A stretch of DNA of 64,000 bases, taken from the NCBI GenBank assembly GCA_051313645.2, contig JBNRSN020000008.1, positions 105,028,001 to 105,092,000 on the forward strand. The letters run 5' to 3'. A model generated the notes under the pieces. It saw nothing but the letters and a program-made list of their open reading frames with translations. It had not been told where the DNA came from and did no database searches. Source of the DNA: Centroscyllium fabricii (lineage: Eukaryota). How positions within the stretch are numbered: the first letter of the stretch is position 1; each line of letters begins with the position of its first letter. Shown here one piece after another: positions 38,329-52,226 of the stretch. The position numbers and the translations under genes were made by a program.

Positions 38329-39001
38329 CTAAATCAAAAACAATGAATGTTAATGATTAGCCGAAGTTAAGAAATAACTGCACTCTTATTAATTGCTTTT
38401 TTGGACTACTATAAGAATATCACGATGTGGATAAATTGTAATTGCTGATTGGTAGTTTTAATTTTGCATTTCCTATGTACAAGCCATATGAATCCAAAAA
38501 GATATACATTTTACATACACATCTAGCAAGCTCTACTTTGAAAAGTTCATTTTGCTGCATAGCTGTTTGAGGCAGAGTAACTGAGGCATGCAGATCAAAA
38601 AGTCTCCAATGCAATCCTAATCTGTGCCAATTTAGCTCCTCAGCGCCACGGTGGAGGTACGATCCAGCACCCCGAGATTAGGGGGGGGGGGGGAAAGAGC
38701 ACTCAGGGCTCCCACTCCTGCTTGCCATCCAAAGACACCCACTGGTAGTTACTAATGACAGGATTGGTCTCATTTGTGATGCCGTCCACGGTTGAATAGC
38801 TTGCACATTGTCAAGGATGTTCACTGCAGTGATGTATCACAGGTTGACCTGTGCCTGAGGAATCATACTCCAGTAAGATGCTTTCAGCAGTAATGGACAG
38901 CAGAGATAACTGGCAGGGAAGGAGCGAAGAAAAATTCACTTCGCTCCTCAATTTAAAGATTATTTAATGATCATTCTGGATTTCAAGATAGTTTAAGACT
39001 T

Positions 39002-39784
39002 GGGGGTAAATTTTCCCTCGGGTGTGGGGAATTGGCGGGCTTCTGGTGGGTCAGGTTTCCCACACGAATGCTAAAGGGCCTGGGAGCCCCACGCAATTTT
39101 GGCTCAATTGGCCAATTAATTCCCCGCGTGTGGGAATCCTTGCCACTTGACTATTTTCAGTATGAAAGTCGGCGGGGTGCCGGCTGCTTAAAGCCCAGAG
39201 CCCCATTACAAAGCGAAGTAAACTGCAGCCCTTTGATTGACGGGTCCAGGTCAGTTATAATGGGAACTGCTGCAGCACAACTGTTTCATTGACAGCTAGT
39301 GGAGAGCTATCTGTCAAACATTAAAAATGAGCTGCAAAGTGAGTTTTTGAAAGCCTTTTTCCTCACTGATATTGTACACCCTGGGGATACAGTTAGCCCT
39401 CCTGCAGGCTGCTGCCCAGGGACGACTTCTGCTACAGCTGTTTGCATGTCATCCTTTGACTTGCAGCTGTTTGTCAGCAAGCCAATTGTGGCCCCGCCAG
39501 GTTTCACTGACGGGGTTTCAAGCTAGCGGGTTATGGGTGGGGAACACCGGAAAATAGCAAGGGGACCTTAAAATAGCATTATACATGTCAATTAAGGGTC
39601 CTTAAGGAGCCGAACACCCATTCCCGCCGGTCACGGGCGGGAAAGATTTGGGGCGGCAGACATGGCGGTGGGAAATTGCAAAGTGGCGGGAACCTGGCGG
39701 GGTGGGTTGGGACCCCCCTGGTTTTGCTATTTTGGGCCCTCCCCGCCGGAAAACCCAGCTCATGGCCCAAGGAAAATTGACCCC
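39002..39784. mobile_element. PIF/Harbinger-type MITE
   Basis: GGGGTAAATTTTCC...GGAAAATTGACCCC termini; homologous to 22644-23758. Confidence 0.78.
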
Positions 39785-40680
39785 TTAATCTTCTGACCAT
39801 GACCATCTGATCTCAAATCAGTGATACAAAACTTAGATTTCAAGCTTTATTCGGGAATAACTAAGTCTATCCCAAAGTTGGATATTATGGACCAGTTTCA
39901 TTGTAGCCTGTTCAATCATTCCAATGTGCAGTGCTATAGAAGTTTTGGATTGGATAACAAACTAACTGATTCAAATATAGGGACAGCACGGATATTTGAG
40001 GGTCAATATTGGAATGCTGCGCCACAGTGCAGTTCAGACTCAGGGTTGAGTCTTGATTCCCAATCTGAGTTACATCAAGTCACTTTTCAGAGGTTATATC
40101 GTCTTCTAGCGGAAGAAAGCCCAACATTAGAGGGGCAATCACACATGTTGATCGCAGGTGGCATTGGCGATAGCTTAGGAGCTCGCCATGTGGTCCCAAT
40201 CTTTCCTCCAGGCATTAGGCCAGATAGATGAGGAAAATACTAAAAGCAAATTGGGAACTGAACTGAGAACCATTATAACAATTAAAGTAATAAAATTGCA
40301 AGCACGGGACAGATCATTGTTTTCTATGTGTCTTATTTATGAAGAACACGATTATTTTTAATAAATAAGGGTTCTGCTTACATACAATTAAAAAACTATT
40401 CCAACATCAACTTGCATTTATATAGTGCCTTTAATGTAGGAAAACATCCCAAAGCACCTCAAAGGAGCATAATAAGACAGAAACTGACATTAGGGGAGGT
40501 GACTAACAGCTTGGTGAAAGAACTAGGTTTTAAGGAGGCTCTTATAGGAGGAGAGTTGGAGAAGTTTAGATAGGGAATTCCAGAGTTTAGTGGTTCGACG
40601 GCTGGAAGAAGGGCCACCAATGATGGGGCAAAGAGCGGGGGGGGGAGGTGCACAAGAGGCTAGAGTTGGAGGAATACATT

Positions 40681-41495
40681 GGGCTCGAATTACCAAGCCC
40701 CGAGGAGGCGGGTTTGGCGGCGGGAGTGGTGGGAAAATTGCACAATCGGGGGGCAGGAACCCATCCCGCCTCCGTGCCAATGTCCCAGGAGGCGGGTATC
40801 CGACCTGTGCTGGGAGCCGCCTCCCCGAGGCAGGAAGCGGATTAGTGCCAATTAACTGGTCATTAACAGGCAGTTTTTTGCCTAATCCCTAGTCCCTATT
40901 TTTAGCCCTGAAGTGTGGGCTTCCCGACGGCTCTGAACCATGCCAAGTTAGCGAGGCGGACCATCGGTCTGAAGGGATTGGAGGGGTCAAGATGTCCATT
41001 GTGCAGGTGAGTTATGGGTGCATGTGTGCAGAGGTAAGTGTGTGAGGTTAAGTGTAAAGTGTTTTTATAAGTTTTACTTACCTTTACTTGCTCCTGCAGG
41101 CTTCCTCCCTTCAGTTCTCAGGAGTCCCTCAATTCACCGGCACAGAAAGCAGAATGGCCGATGAACTGTCAAAAGCTGCAGCCTCTGCCTTCTGGTCTGG
41201 TGAGCTCTCTAACTGAGTCTGAGTAAAAGGACTCAAGTTAGATGACAGATTATCAGTGTTTGACAGCTTCACAGATTTTCATCTGGCAAAAAGCTCTTGA
41301 CAGATGAAATGTCAATCACTGACATCACCAGTAACCAGGTGTCCCTTAATTGGCCTGCTGAGCCCACTGGGCGGGCTTAACAAGATCAATCAAGCGAAAA
41401 TCGCGTGGGTTGGCCACAAGTCGATGGAGGCGGGACTACAACCCAAAAAGTGGAAGTCCCGCCTCCATCACGTCCCCATTGATAAAATCGAGCCC
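40681..41495. mobile_element. PIF/Harbinger-type MITE nested in L2
   Basis: GGGCTCGAATTA...TAAAATCGAGCCC TIRs. Confidence 0.75.
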
Positions 41496-41919
41496 ATAGT
41501 TTTTGGAGGGGAGTAGGGATGGAGGTGATTACAGAAATAGAGAGGTGTGAGACCATGGAGGGATTTGAATATGAGGATGAGAATTCTAAAATCAAGGCTT
41601 TCGTGGACCGAGAGCCAATCTAGGTTAGCAAACATAAGGGTGCTGGGTGAGTGGGACTACGTGCGGGTTAGGATAAGGGCAGCAGAGTTTTAGATGAACT
41701 AATGTTTATGGAGGGTGGAAGATGGCAGTCTTTGTGAGGGAGAGGATATGGGATCATCAGCTTAACTTAGGGCCAAATATGTCAAAAAAAAGTTGTGAAT
41801 CATCTGGTCCAGCCTGAGACAGTGTCCAGGGAGGGGGATGAGGGAACGGAGGAATCGGCGGCGATGGAACAGAGTTTATTTCGGTCGTCCCAATATTTGT
41901 AGCTCATCCAGAACTGGAT

Positions 41920-42649
41920 TGTTGGAGTAAATTTTGGATGCCTGAACTGAAAACTTTAATGGACTCTTTGAATTTAAAAGGCATAAGAAACGCCGCCAAA
42001 GGGTTAACAGGCTAAAACTGAGAATGTTTAAAGCGAATCAAATCAAATACAAATTGAAGCATATACTAGACGGTTCAAAAACTCCAAGGCTGGGGAACAG
42101 ATAAGAGGAGTAAGCTTCAACTGTGGAAACAGATTAGAAGTTAAATAAAGACGTAAATCAACAAAGGGCCAGACATAGAGGAACTAACTAAAAACAGAAT
42201 ACAATGGGGTCTTAGAAGCAACTAGAGGAAAGTGCAGGTGCAAGATAAGGTTAGAGGATATTGGGCTATGGATATTGGGCTAATTGGAACAATTTATTGG
42301 CGTAAGTTATAGGTTATTGAGTTAATTGGAACAATTTATTGGCGTAGGTTATAGGTTATTGAGTTAATTGGAACAATTTATTGATTGGCTAATAATGATG
42401 TAATAAATGTAACGTGCGCAAATGCTTTGAAATATTGTATAAAAATGACTGACTGAAGGAGCTGTTTTGAGAGAGTGTGGCTAGCACTATCTCCCAGAGC
42501 TCTGAAATAAAGGTATACTTTCGCATTTTGAACAGAGAATCTGAGTTTGAGTTTTATTACTCTGTGTGGTTAGGCTGGGAAGCGTCGATGTTCCTTCACG
42601 GTTCGTCCGCCAGGCTTCAGCTAATCAATACATAAATTTTCCCACAACA
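41920..42649 (+). mobile_element. Solo LTR (730 bp) nested in L2
   Basis: TGTTG...CAACA ends, exact 5-bp TSD TGGAT (41915-41919 and 42650-42654), TATAAAA 42438, AATAAA 42506. Confidence 0.85.
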
Positions 42650-43856
42650 TGGATGTTGGACAAGCAGCGTGCCAAATTAGAGGCAGTGGGGGGTCAAGAG
42701 AGGTAGTGGTGTGGTCGAGCTGGGTGTCATCAGCGTACATGTGGAACCTCATGTCATATCTTTGGATGACTTTGCTGAGGGGCAGCATGTAGCTGAGAAA
42801 TAGGAGGGGTCAAGATTAGATTGTTGGGTGACAATAGGTAACAATATGGAGCAGGAAGAGATGCCATTGCAGGAGCTCTGGCTATGGCTGGATACTTAAG
42901 AGTGGAACCAGGCAAGAGCAGTCCTACTCAGCTGGACAACGGAGATGGGGCAATGGAGGTGGATGGTATGATCGATCGTGTCAAAGGCTGCAGACAGGTC
43001 GAGAAGGATGAGGATGGATAATGCACCACGGTCACAGTCACATAGGATGTCATCTGTGACTTTGATCAGGGCCATTTCAGTATTGTGGCAGAGGTCGAAC
43101 CCTGATTGTAGAATTGTGGGAAAAAATGGGCATAGATTTGGGAGGCGACAAGACTTTCCAGGACTTTGGAGAGGAAAGGAGTTTGGAGATGGGGCTGGTA
43201 GTGTGCAAGGACAGAGAGAGTCATGGGTTGGCTTTTTTGAGAAGCGGGAGATGGCAGATTGTAAAGGAAGAGGGACAGTACCCAAGAGGAGGCAATTTAT
43301 AATATCAGCTCGCATGAGTGCCAGGATGGGAAACTGAGTGGTCAGCAGTTTAGTTGGAATAGGGTTCAGACAATAGGAGGTGGATTCCATAGAAAAGATG
43401 AGCTCAGAGAGGATGTGAGGGGAGATCAGAGAGAACCTGAGAAAGATGAGGGTTCAGGGTTAGAGCAGGAAGAAACCTTGAGGGAAGCATGGCTTAGTGG
43501 GCAATGGGAAGGGATGCAGAAGAGATAGCTGAACAAATGGTCACAATCTTAGTGACAAAGAAGTCCATAAGCTACTTGCATTTGTTGTTGGAGGAGAGAG
43601 TGGAGAGGGAAGAGGAGAAGGGTTTAAGGAGATGGCTGGTAGTGGAGGAAAGAAGCTGAAGGTTACCTTTGCATTCCAGGATGATCCTGGAGTAGTGAGC
43701 AGTTTTGACAGAGGTGAGCAGTTCTCAATGTGGTCCAGCCAGATCTGCCGATGACTGGTAAACTGGTTGTGCACCAGTTTAAGTTTATACATTTAAGCCT
43801 GCACCCCTTGAACTTAATGGAGTTCAAATTTAGATTGCAACAGTGACAGTACTTAC

Positions 43857-44091
43857 TGGTGTCAACATCTGAACGCTCTCTGTAAAGTTTCCGATGAATG
43901 CCATAATGGTCATCCTCTGCATCAGTCTTTCAACCTTACTAAACTGCACCATGAACCGGTCTTCATCTGTTAAATTCTCCAATGGCTTCCTCTCTCTTTC
44001 ATACTGTCTCAGAACCTTAACTTCATTTTCTGTTGGCAAGAACCTCATCAGGCACTCAACAAAGTCCACGGGTAATGTTTTTAGGTCAAAT
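43857..44091 (-). CDS. FMNL2: FMNL2 FH2 exon ([25 protein letters not shown]...ESVQMLTP)
   Basis: TAG acceptor, GTAAGT donor, 235 nt phase 2 to 0. Confidence 0.97.
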
Positions 44092-44409
44092 CTAATGCAA
44101 ACCAAAGAAATATTAGTTCTAACATAAATTATGACTAATATATATTCCTTTTCAGTAGAGTAAACAACATACAATGCCATAATAATTTTAAACTTTTTTT
44201 TATTTTTCAGAGAAATATGTCGAGTCTGAATATACTATTGGCAAGATCTTTTTTCAGTTTTTTCCCTTCCCAATTTTCCTCTCTCCTGTCCTGTCCTCAG
44301 GGCATTGATTCCTTGCTGGAGTGCTACCTCACAGCTACTCACTGGATAAACCTTTTGTGCCATTGGAGGAGCTTATTCATAGAGTCTTTGGCAAAACTGT
44401 ACAATTAAA

Positions 44410-46100
44410 AACATAAGAAATAGGAGCAGGAGTTGGCCATGCTTGATCTTCTGCCTCAGCTCCATTCACCAGCCCTATCGCCATATCCCTTGATGCCCTT
44501 ACTAGTCAGAAATCAATTGGCTTCGGTTTTGAATATACCCAATGACTGAGCCTCCACAGCCCTCTGGGGTAGAGAATTACAAAGATTCACCACCCTCTGT
44601 GTGAAGAAATTACTTCTCATCTCAGTCCTGAATGGTCTACCCTTTATCCTGAGGCTGTGGCCCCTGGTTCTAGACTCCACAGCCACGGAAAACATTCTCC
44701 CAGCATCCACCCCATCAAGCCCTGTAATAATTCACAATCTATATCAATGATTTGGATGAGGGGACTAAAAGTAACATTTCCAAATTTGCTGATGATACAA
44801 AGCTAGGTGTCAGTGTCAGTTGTGAAGAGGCGTCAGGGGGATCTCGACAGGACCAGTGAGTGGGCGAGAACATGGCAGATGGCATATAATGTGGATAAAT
44901 GTGAAGTTATCCACTTTGGTAAAAAAAACAGAAAGGCAGAGTATTTCCTAAATGGTGAAAGATTGGGGAAAGCAGATGCTCAAAGGGACCTGGGTGTCCT
45001 TGTACATGAGTCGCTGAAAGTGAATGTGCAGGTGCAGCAATCCATTAGGAAGGCAAATGGTATGCTGACCTTCATTACAAGAGCGGGGAATCAGGGCGGG
45101 GGGAAATGTAAAAGCGGCAAGGATCCGGCGGGGGGGAGGGTCGCGACCCACTGGTTGCGCTATTTTGCCGGCCGAGCCACCGAAAACTCCGCCTCACGAG
45201 GACATGAAAATCCCCCCCAAAGTATTTATTTAATTTCTCTGCCATTTCCTCATTCCCCATTATAAATTCTCCTGTCTCTGACTGTAAAGGACCTACATTG
45301 ACCTTCGCCAGTCTTTTCCTTTTCACATACCTATTGAAGCTTTTACAATCTATTTTTATATTTTTCGCTAGTTTATGCTCACATTCCATTTTCCCTTTCT
45401 TTATCAATTTCTTGGTCCCCCTTTGCTGATTTCTAAAAAGATCCCAATCCTCAGGCTGACTGCTTTTTCTGGCAACTTTATAAGCTTCCTCCTTTGAATA
45501 CTAGCTTTAATTTCTTTTGTTAGCCATGGTTGGATCACTTTTCCTTTTGGGTTTTTATGCCCTAGAGGAATATATGTTTGTTGCAAATTATGCATTATGT
45601 CCTTGAATGTTAGCCATTGTATGTCCACCTTCAGACCTTTTAGTGTAGTCTCCCAATCTACCATGGCCAACATGTCCCTCGTACCGTTGTAGCTTAGATT
45701 GAAGACCTTAGTTTCAGATTGGACTACATCACTCTCAAACTTAATGTAAAATTCAATCATATTATGGTCACTTGTCCCAAAAGGCTCCTTTACCACAAGA
45801 TTATTATTAGCCCTTTCTCATTACACAGTACCAGATCCAGAATAGCCTGTTCCCTGGTTGGTTCCTCCACATACTGATCCAGGAAACCATCTCGCATGCA
45901 TTCCAAGAAATTGTCCTCCACACCATTAGTGGTAATTTGATTTGCCCAGTCAATATGTAGAGTAAAGTCCCCCATGATTACCATATTGCCCTTGTTACAT
46001 GCACTTCTAATTACTTGATTGATACTGTGCCCTACATTACCACTACTGTTTGGTGGCCTATACACAACTCCCACCAATGCTTTCCTTCCTTTGCTGTTTA
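44410..46100. mobile_element. Rearranged CR1 pieces in both orientations with a MITE fragment (45083-45217)
   Basis: - strand 3' end 44410-44735; + strand RT piece 44735-45080 (FADD); - strand endonuclease pieces 45218-46100 (GVVYRPP, IMGDF, LDLVL, SDHN). Confidence 0.8.
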
Positions 46101-46243
46101 ATTACTAATTAAGTTGTATATATGTTGGAAATATAACAAACAAGTGAAAATAGAGCAAAACTAAATAACCTCCTCTCCAAACAAAGGCTGTAAAATGCTT
46201 GGCAAGCAAGATTTTGATTGCTGGAGAGACTTCAATTACTCAC

Positions 46244-46446
46244 ATTTGGATAGCCTTGCATATTTCATCAGTGGTTTTTCCTGCCTTTCGCAATGTGATG
46301 GCAAGGTTCTTGGCTCTGTTGGGTTCCAGCAATGTCACTTTGCTTGATCCCTTTTGGATCACCTTTTGTCTACTTGAAACAACATCCATGGCTGGCCCCT
46401 GGGCTTTTGTTTTAAATATTTCTTCAAACTCATCTACATTTAGTTC
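46244..46446 (-). CDS. FMNL2: FMNL2 FH2 exon ([17 protein letters not shown]...[14 protein letters not shown]...ICKAIQ)
   Basis: CAG acceptor, GTGAGT donor, 203 nt. Confidence 0.97.
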
Positions 46447-46597
46447 CTGTAAATTAAAATTTGTACATATATCCAAATGTAGTGCTGAGATACTCAAACC
46501 ACAATATAAACACAAAATAGTGATCATGATTTTAAATATCTAATAAGTCTCAATGTAATATTTATCCTTATATGACAATATAAAGCTTAAAATGTAC

Positions 46598-46722
46598 CTC
46601 CAGGATTCTCTCATCATCAATGTCATTGAAGACAGTGCCATTGATCTGATTGGGCTTCAATGCCACCCAGTTGAAGACTGGCATACGGAATTTTGTCTTG
46701 ATAGGTTTCTTGATCTTCACAG
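46598..46722 (-). CDS. FMNL2: FMNL2 first FH2 exon ([42 protein letters not shown])
   Basis: CAG acceptor, GTACAT donor; residues are FMNL2-type rather than FMNL3-type. Confidence 0.97.
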
Positions 46723-48000
46723 CTGCACAAAAATGGTTTAGATATTGTTCCTCATCACTTACAGCATACATAACATAAACTCAATTTTGTACAAATGTTA
46801 ACTGCACTTGCCATCAGCCAATCCTCATGCAATTACAAAATGAACAGAGTTTGCATTATCTGTGATCCAAATGACAGCATGAAAAGTGTTATTAATACAT
46901 TTTTTTACTATACCTTAGGCATTACACATTCATCATGAAAGGATATTTGGAGGCCCTATTAATGAGCATATTAGCAGGCAGTGCAGTAAAATAGCAAATT
47001 TGTTTTATTGTTTTCCCCACTGTCATCACTTAAAAAACGGCTGGGGATTAACAGGTAATAAGAACATAAGAAATAGGAGCAGGAGTAGGCCAATCGGCCC
47101 CTCGAGCCTGCTCCGCCATTCAATAAGATCATGGCTGATCTGAAAGGTAACAGCGCAAATTATTTTAAATATTAACTCTTTTTAGCCAACCAGTCAGATT
47201 TAGAATTTCAGGCTAAGAGCAAACTAAATTATTCCAAATATTTTTATGGTCAGTTTCAGCATTGACTAAATCATTAACTTCTCTCAGATTACTGAACTAC
47301 ACAGATCTGAGAAAACTGCAATGGTAAATGTACACAGAGTTAGCTCCTAGTCAGGGATAATATTAGAACCATGTGTGAATTGACAAAGTATTCAATACAT
47401 TATTCAAAAATCAGAACTTTGCACTTGCAAGAGCAAGTTTCCATTTCCTGTCATTTGAATTCACAATTTAAGTCTCATTTAAGATGGTCTACAGTGCGCA
47501 GACTGCAGTTATGTAATTCAACTCCATGATTAAGAATAGAGACACTCAAATGGAACGCACATGCTCATTGTATTAAAATACCACAATCAAGTGTTTCAAC
47601 TTAGAGCATGCAATAACCAGGACAAACAGGAGAAATATTGCAAGCATGGTATCTTTCAGTGCAATTTAGAATTTTCAGAGCTCAATCCACGATATACAAA
47701 GCTAAAACACCTGAAATCATGAGTCTGTGAATGAGAACACCATGTAGAATTCGATCATCACAGCCACACAACCGGATTACTACCATACATATATGAACGG
47801 ATTCACCTCAGTTCTTAAAATAACAAACAAATGTATATGTTTTAACATGTACTTGTGTTATATACTGATTCATCCAACTGGACCAACTCTTGGAATCTTT
47901 AATAAAAAATCAAATCCATTGGAAAAAAATAGATTAGTTATAAAATTTATCATTAACATTTATTTCAAGTAGGCGAGATAAACTAGTGTACGAAAACATA

Positions 48001-48835
48001 GGGGGGAATTTTTCCGGAAGGGCGGGAACCTGGCGGGGATTGGTCGGGGCGGCTTCCGGTTCCGCCCGCCCAACCAGCTGGGAAGGCCACACAATTTTAG
48101 GCTAATGAGGTCGTTAAATCCCCGTCGGCGGGAGCGGCAGGTAATTAGGTGAATCGGGTCGGGCTGCAGCGGAGCTGCGAGCACTTTGAGTGAGAGTTCC
48201 AGCACTGGTTGTTGTCAGTTCCCATGGCAACACTCCACTGTGACATCACAGTGGAGTGGAGCCAATGGGAAAGGCCAAGTGCTGGTGACTGACAGGTGGG
48301 CGGTCGGGCTCCGAATCCCTCACAGCTCGCAGCAGCTGAGAGGCCATCGTGAGAACTGAAATTGCTCAGTTTCTGGTCTCAGCTGATATTGAAGGCAGAA
48401 CGGAGGTACTTACTCCTCTAAGGTGCTGGAGGCATGCCAAGCGTTTGGCAGCATGTCCTTCAGACCTTAAAGGAGAAAGTAATAAATTCAGGAACTCACA
48501 CAACACCAGGTTATAGTGCAAAAGTTATAAGCAGCGCTGTGCTCCCACTGGGTTTCACCCAGCGGGGTTTAAGGTGACGGGGTATGGGCAGAAAACAGCA
48601 CAAAATGGCTGAGGGCCCTTAAAATGGCATTAAAAATGGCAATTAAGGGCCCTTAACGAGGTGACAACCCATCCCCGCCGGTCGGCGGTGGGAAGTTTCG
48701 GGGCGGGGAATCTGGGGGCGGGAAAATGAGAAAGCGGCGGGGATCCGGCGGGGAGGGGTGGGACCCGCCGGTTCCGCTATTTTGCCGGCCCGGCCGCCGA
48801 AAACCCTGCCTCACGGGGACATGAAAATTCCCCCC
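48001..48835. mobile_element. PIF/Harbinger-type MITE
   Basis: GGGGGGAATTTT...AAAATTCCCCCC TIRs with ATA TSD. Confidence 0.82.
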
Positions 48836-50413
48836 ATAGTGTTCCATTATGCCAAGATAAACTGTTGTGTTTTATTTTTGTTTAGTAATATGCACTGAAA
48901 GAACCACAGTCAACAATACATATCACTGCTTGAAAGACACAGTGTGATGTACAGCACCAACAGAGCATAAAGAAACCTACAGAACAGCTTGATTGGTCCC
49001 TCTTGTATGGAAGCAGATAGGGTAGATAAAGAAAGATGAGTTAGCAGAAGTGAAGTAATTAAGTAGTGTGCAAGGAATAGCAGAAATCATTTATCATTGG
49101 CAAGCACTCTCACTGGTGAAAATAGCATAGGAAATTTATTGCACTACTTTGCCACAGATGTAACTTATAATCTAAATGGATCACAGTAACTTTGCAACTT
49201 TCACATATTTGTCATGGCATTTATTTATTGATCTTATTAATATTATTGTTATCTTAAGCCAATTATAATAGAGCTAGGTCATGTGATTGATACAACCGCA
49301 CTGATCCATTGTATAGGTCATTGATTTTATACCTGATATATCATTAACTGGTCACAATGAGGCAGCCATGTTACCCAATTACAACTCAATGAGAGGTTAA
49401 AAGGAGGTTTATCTTTTAAAATCCAAAAACATCGTAGGATGTTATTTTAAAATTGCTTGATGAGGCTTTGTTATGATCATTTAATTTCTGCCACCATTTT
49501 GTCTCCTTTTTCTGTCATTATTTCTTCATTCCCTTTTCTCTTTCAATGCACCCTTGAGACTTATAACCAAAACTGCATATTGTAATCATTCTCTATTCAT
49601 TGCACTGTAACATAATTTCTGACACAACTATTTTTAACAGTTGGAATGATTTACTATTAAATGATAAACTTTAGTCTTTGAAACATGAATACCTGTATTA
49701 TTTTCAGCATTCATTGTGATTCTGAGTCTTTATACTAAATAGGAGACTTCCAACTTGAATAAATGCTGCTAAAGCAGATTCTTCTGAGAAGTTTCCTCTC
49801 TCCCCACCCACATTATTTTTCCTTCTCCTTTCCTCCATCAATTCATTTTTTTTTAAAGTTTCTTTCTGGATTACCAATCATTTCCAGAATCAGAGGGGTG
49901 AATGTCACTCTTGAACCTCCTGCATTTGTGTTTTCTTTCTACATCTTCACCCCCACTCCACCCGCTGTCACAGGCAGCCCGAGATCAGGATTGTGATATG
50001 GGGAGAATGGAAAATACAAAACCCAACGGCCAACCACCTTTTCATAACTTTCCTCTTCCTGTATGTAGTCACCTTATTCATCTGTCTAACTTATAGGGGC
50101 CGATATTAAACACACCACATGGGTGGGAAACGGAAGGAAAAACAACAATAATGAGGTGTCCTGCTGCTAAATTTGGCAGGACCGTCATGTCCCCGGGATT
50201 CCACCACCGCCCCTCCGCAAGTCACAAATGAAATAACAAACACACGCTACAGAGGGCACTAGTTTCTATAATTTACTGTCACAATGTTGTCTGGGTCCAG
50301 TATTCAAACTCCTGATGTTGCCAAGTATTCCTTTGATGTCAACAATTAAGTGTCTCATCACCTGTACACTAGGTATCTGTGAAACACATTGTGATCGTAT
50401 ACCATGATGTTAC

Positions 50414-50602
50414 CTGCTAAGCCAGGGTTAAAAATGAGAGTCGGGGCTGTCCCGGGCAATGGAGGAGCTGCTGGCGGTGGCGGTGGTGGTGGCGGTGGCG
50501 GAGGAGCAGGCAGAGCTTCTGTGGTTGCAGTTGGAGGCGGCGGCGGTGGTGGCGGAGGGGGAAGTGGGTGTGATGATGGGACCGCCACTGGCCCATTTGG
50601 TA
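50414..50602 (-). CDS. FMNL2: FMNL2 FH1 poly-proline exon
   Basis: CAG acceptor, GTAAC donor, 189 nt phase 1-1; two poly-Pro runs, ends APPLPGTAPTLIFNPGLA. Confidence 0.95.
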
Positions 50603-51109
50603 CTGCCAAAAATACAAAAACAAAAGATGTGTTTAGCTTTCAGAAAAGTCATAAATGCTATTATGTCAGTCCTGCAAACATTTTCTTTTTTCACGGGATA
50701 ACGGTTAAACAATTATCGGATTTCAGACAAAGCTACCTACATAGGTAATCGTAAAATACACATTAAGCACACTGCTATGAGTTTATTCTAAAACTCCCGA
50801 CTTACATCAGAAAACTTTAACTTAATACTGGGGGGAAAATCTTACTAGCGGTGAGTGAGGGTCTAGATTGAGTACTATTATTTTCATTGTGTTCATGTTG
50901 TCCTTCCAGTCATTTTTACTGCTACTACTATCCTTCTCCAGGGATATTCATAGACTTAAACTATTACAATAAAAAGTTAAGTTTATTTTCTCGCTAAAAT
51001 AGCAACATGGTTACTGCCATGCCAGCCAGGGTCACAGAATCATAACACAATTAATCCCCAGTGACAAATTCTGTGCCTCAGTTAGAAGCCAATCTGAGTA
51101 ATGCCTTAC

Positions 51110-51410
51110 CTGGACCAGATGGGCATGGAGGAGGTTGGGGAAGGGGAGGCACTGGCATTCCTGATGCTTCAAGTGGTGGTCCTGTATAAATGCTAGATAC
51201 GTGCTCTGCACCTGGGGACAGCACCGCAGAAGACAAGACTGGTAGAATGGCAATGTCACCATCTCCTTTCTTCTGGACTTTGATAGAACCCTGCTTCTCC
51301 AGTTCATGAATCTTTTTCTCTAGATGGTTATGTCTTTGTATGGTCTCCTCCTTCTCCTTGATCATTCTCCGCAGCGTGTGAACCTGGGTGTTGGTATCTT
51401 TGTAAACCTC
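51110..51410 (-). CDS. FMNL2: FMNL2 exon ([22 protein letters not shown]...[11 protein letters not shown]...PPPCPSGP)
   Basis: CCCAG acceptor, GTAAGG donor, 301 nt. Confidence 0.95.
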
Positions 51411-51609
51411 CTGGGAAGGGAGAGGGGCAAAAAGTATAAAGTATGACCCACGGAAAAATCTTACTCTCTAAATCACTCCCAATGAAGATTGGTACGCACA
51501 TGCATCTTTTTTAGACACTTCCCACCTTCTCCGTCCCTCCACATATTATGAAGTAAACCGAAATTCTGCACCTATTCTTAATTATCGAGACATCCTCCAA
51601 TTTTCCATT

Positions 51610-52226
51610 GGCCCGGAATTTGCGGTTTCGAGGACGGCGAACTGGCAGCGTTCGCCGTCACTGTGCCTTTGAAACTGATCACAACTTCGGGATTTGGTGA
51701 AATCACTCAAATCAGGGAAACCGCCAAAAACGTCAGCTCTTCTCCAGTAATTACACTGTTAAATTCCCCACTAAAAGTTAGACTCAGGGAGTAGGTGTAA
51801 CTGGGGTATTAATAGTGTATTGACTGTTAAACAAAGATTATGGACCTGAAAAATTCATTTAATTTTGTGCAGTGTCAAATTTATCCATTTTAATAAAAAT
51901 TTACATTTTGAAGATTTTTTTAAAAATTCAACTTTATTTCAGGTTTGCCTTTTCCCCATGTGAGAGCCCCAATCTTTGTTTTGCTGTAACATTTTTTTAA
52001 ATGTAGAATTTTAAGAGCTTACCAATGTCCTTGTTCGCTGTCTGTGAGAATTCTGTGTTTTGATTGGCTGCTTAGAGAGCTTGTTGACGCCACAGCAGCT
52101 TGCACTAGGGCATTCCCACTATACTGATTTGAACTGAATGTTGGTAAGCCCGAACTTCTCGAGACAGATTGTGAGATCTTTGTGCGAAGCTTACTTCGCT
52201 TCGTCGCTAACCTCAAATTCTGGGCC
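51610..52226. mobile_element. MITE with GGCCC(G/A)GAATTTG TIRs
   Basis: TIRs; paralogous to 63252-63954. Confidence 0.78.

Larger units (their letters stand above)
40410..43800 (-). mobile_element. L2-clade LINE remnant with nested insertions
   Basis: ORF 42896-43390 LQSGF..HNTEMALIKVTDD..LILLDLSAAFDTIDH (L2 RT); L2-type 3' end near 40410. Confidence 0.82.

Noticed and set aside
50404-50748. Gly-rich + strand ORF
   Set aside because: Antisense shadow of the FMNL2 poly-proline FH1 exon
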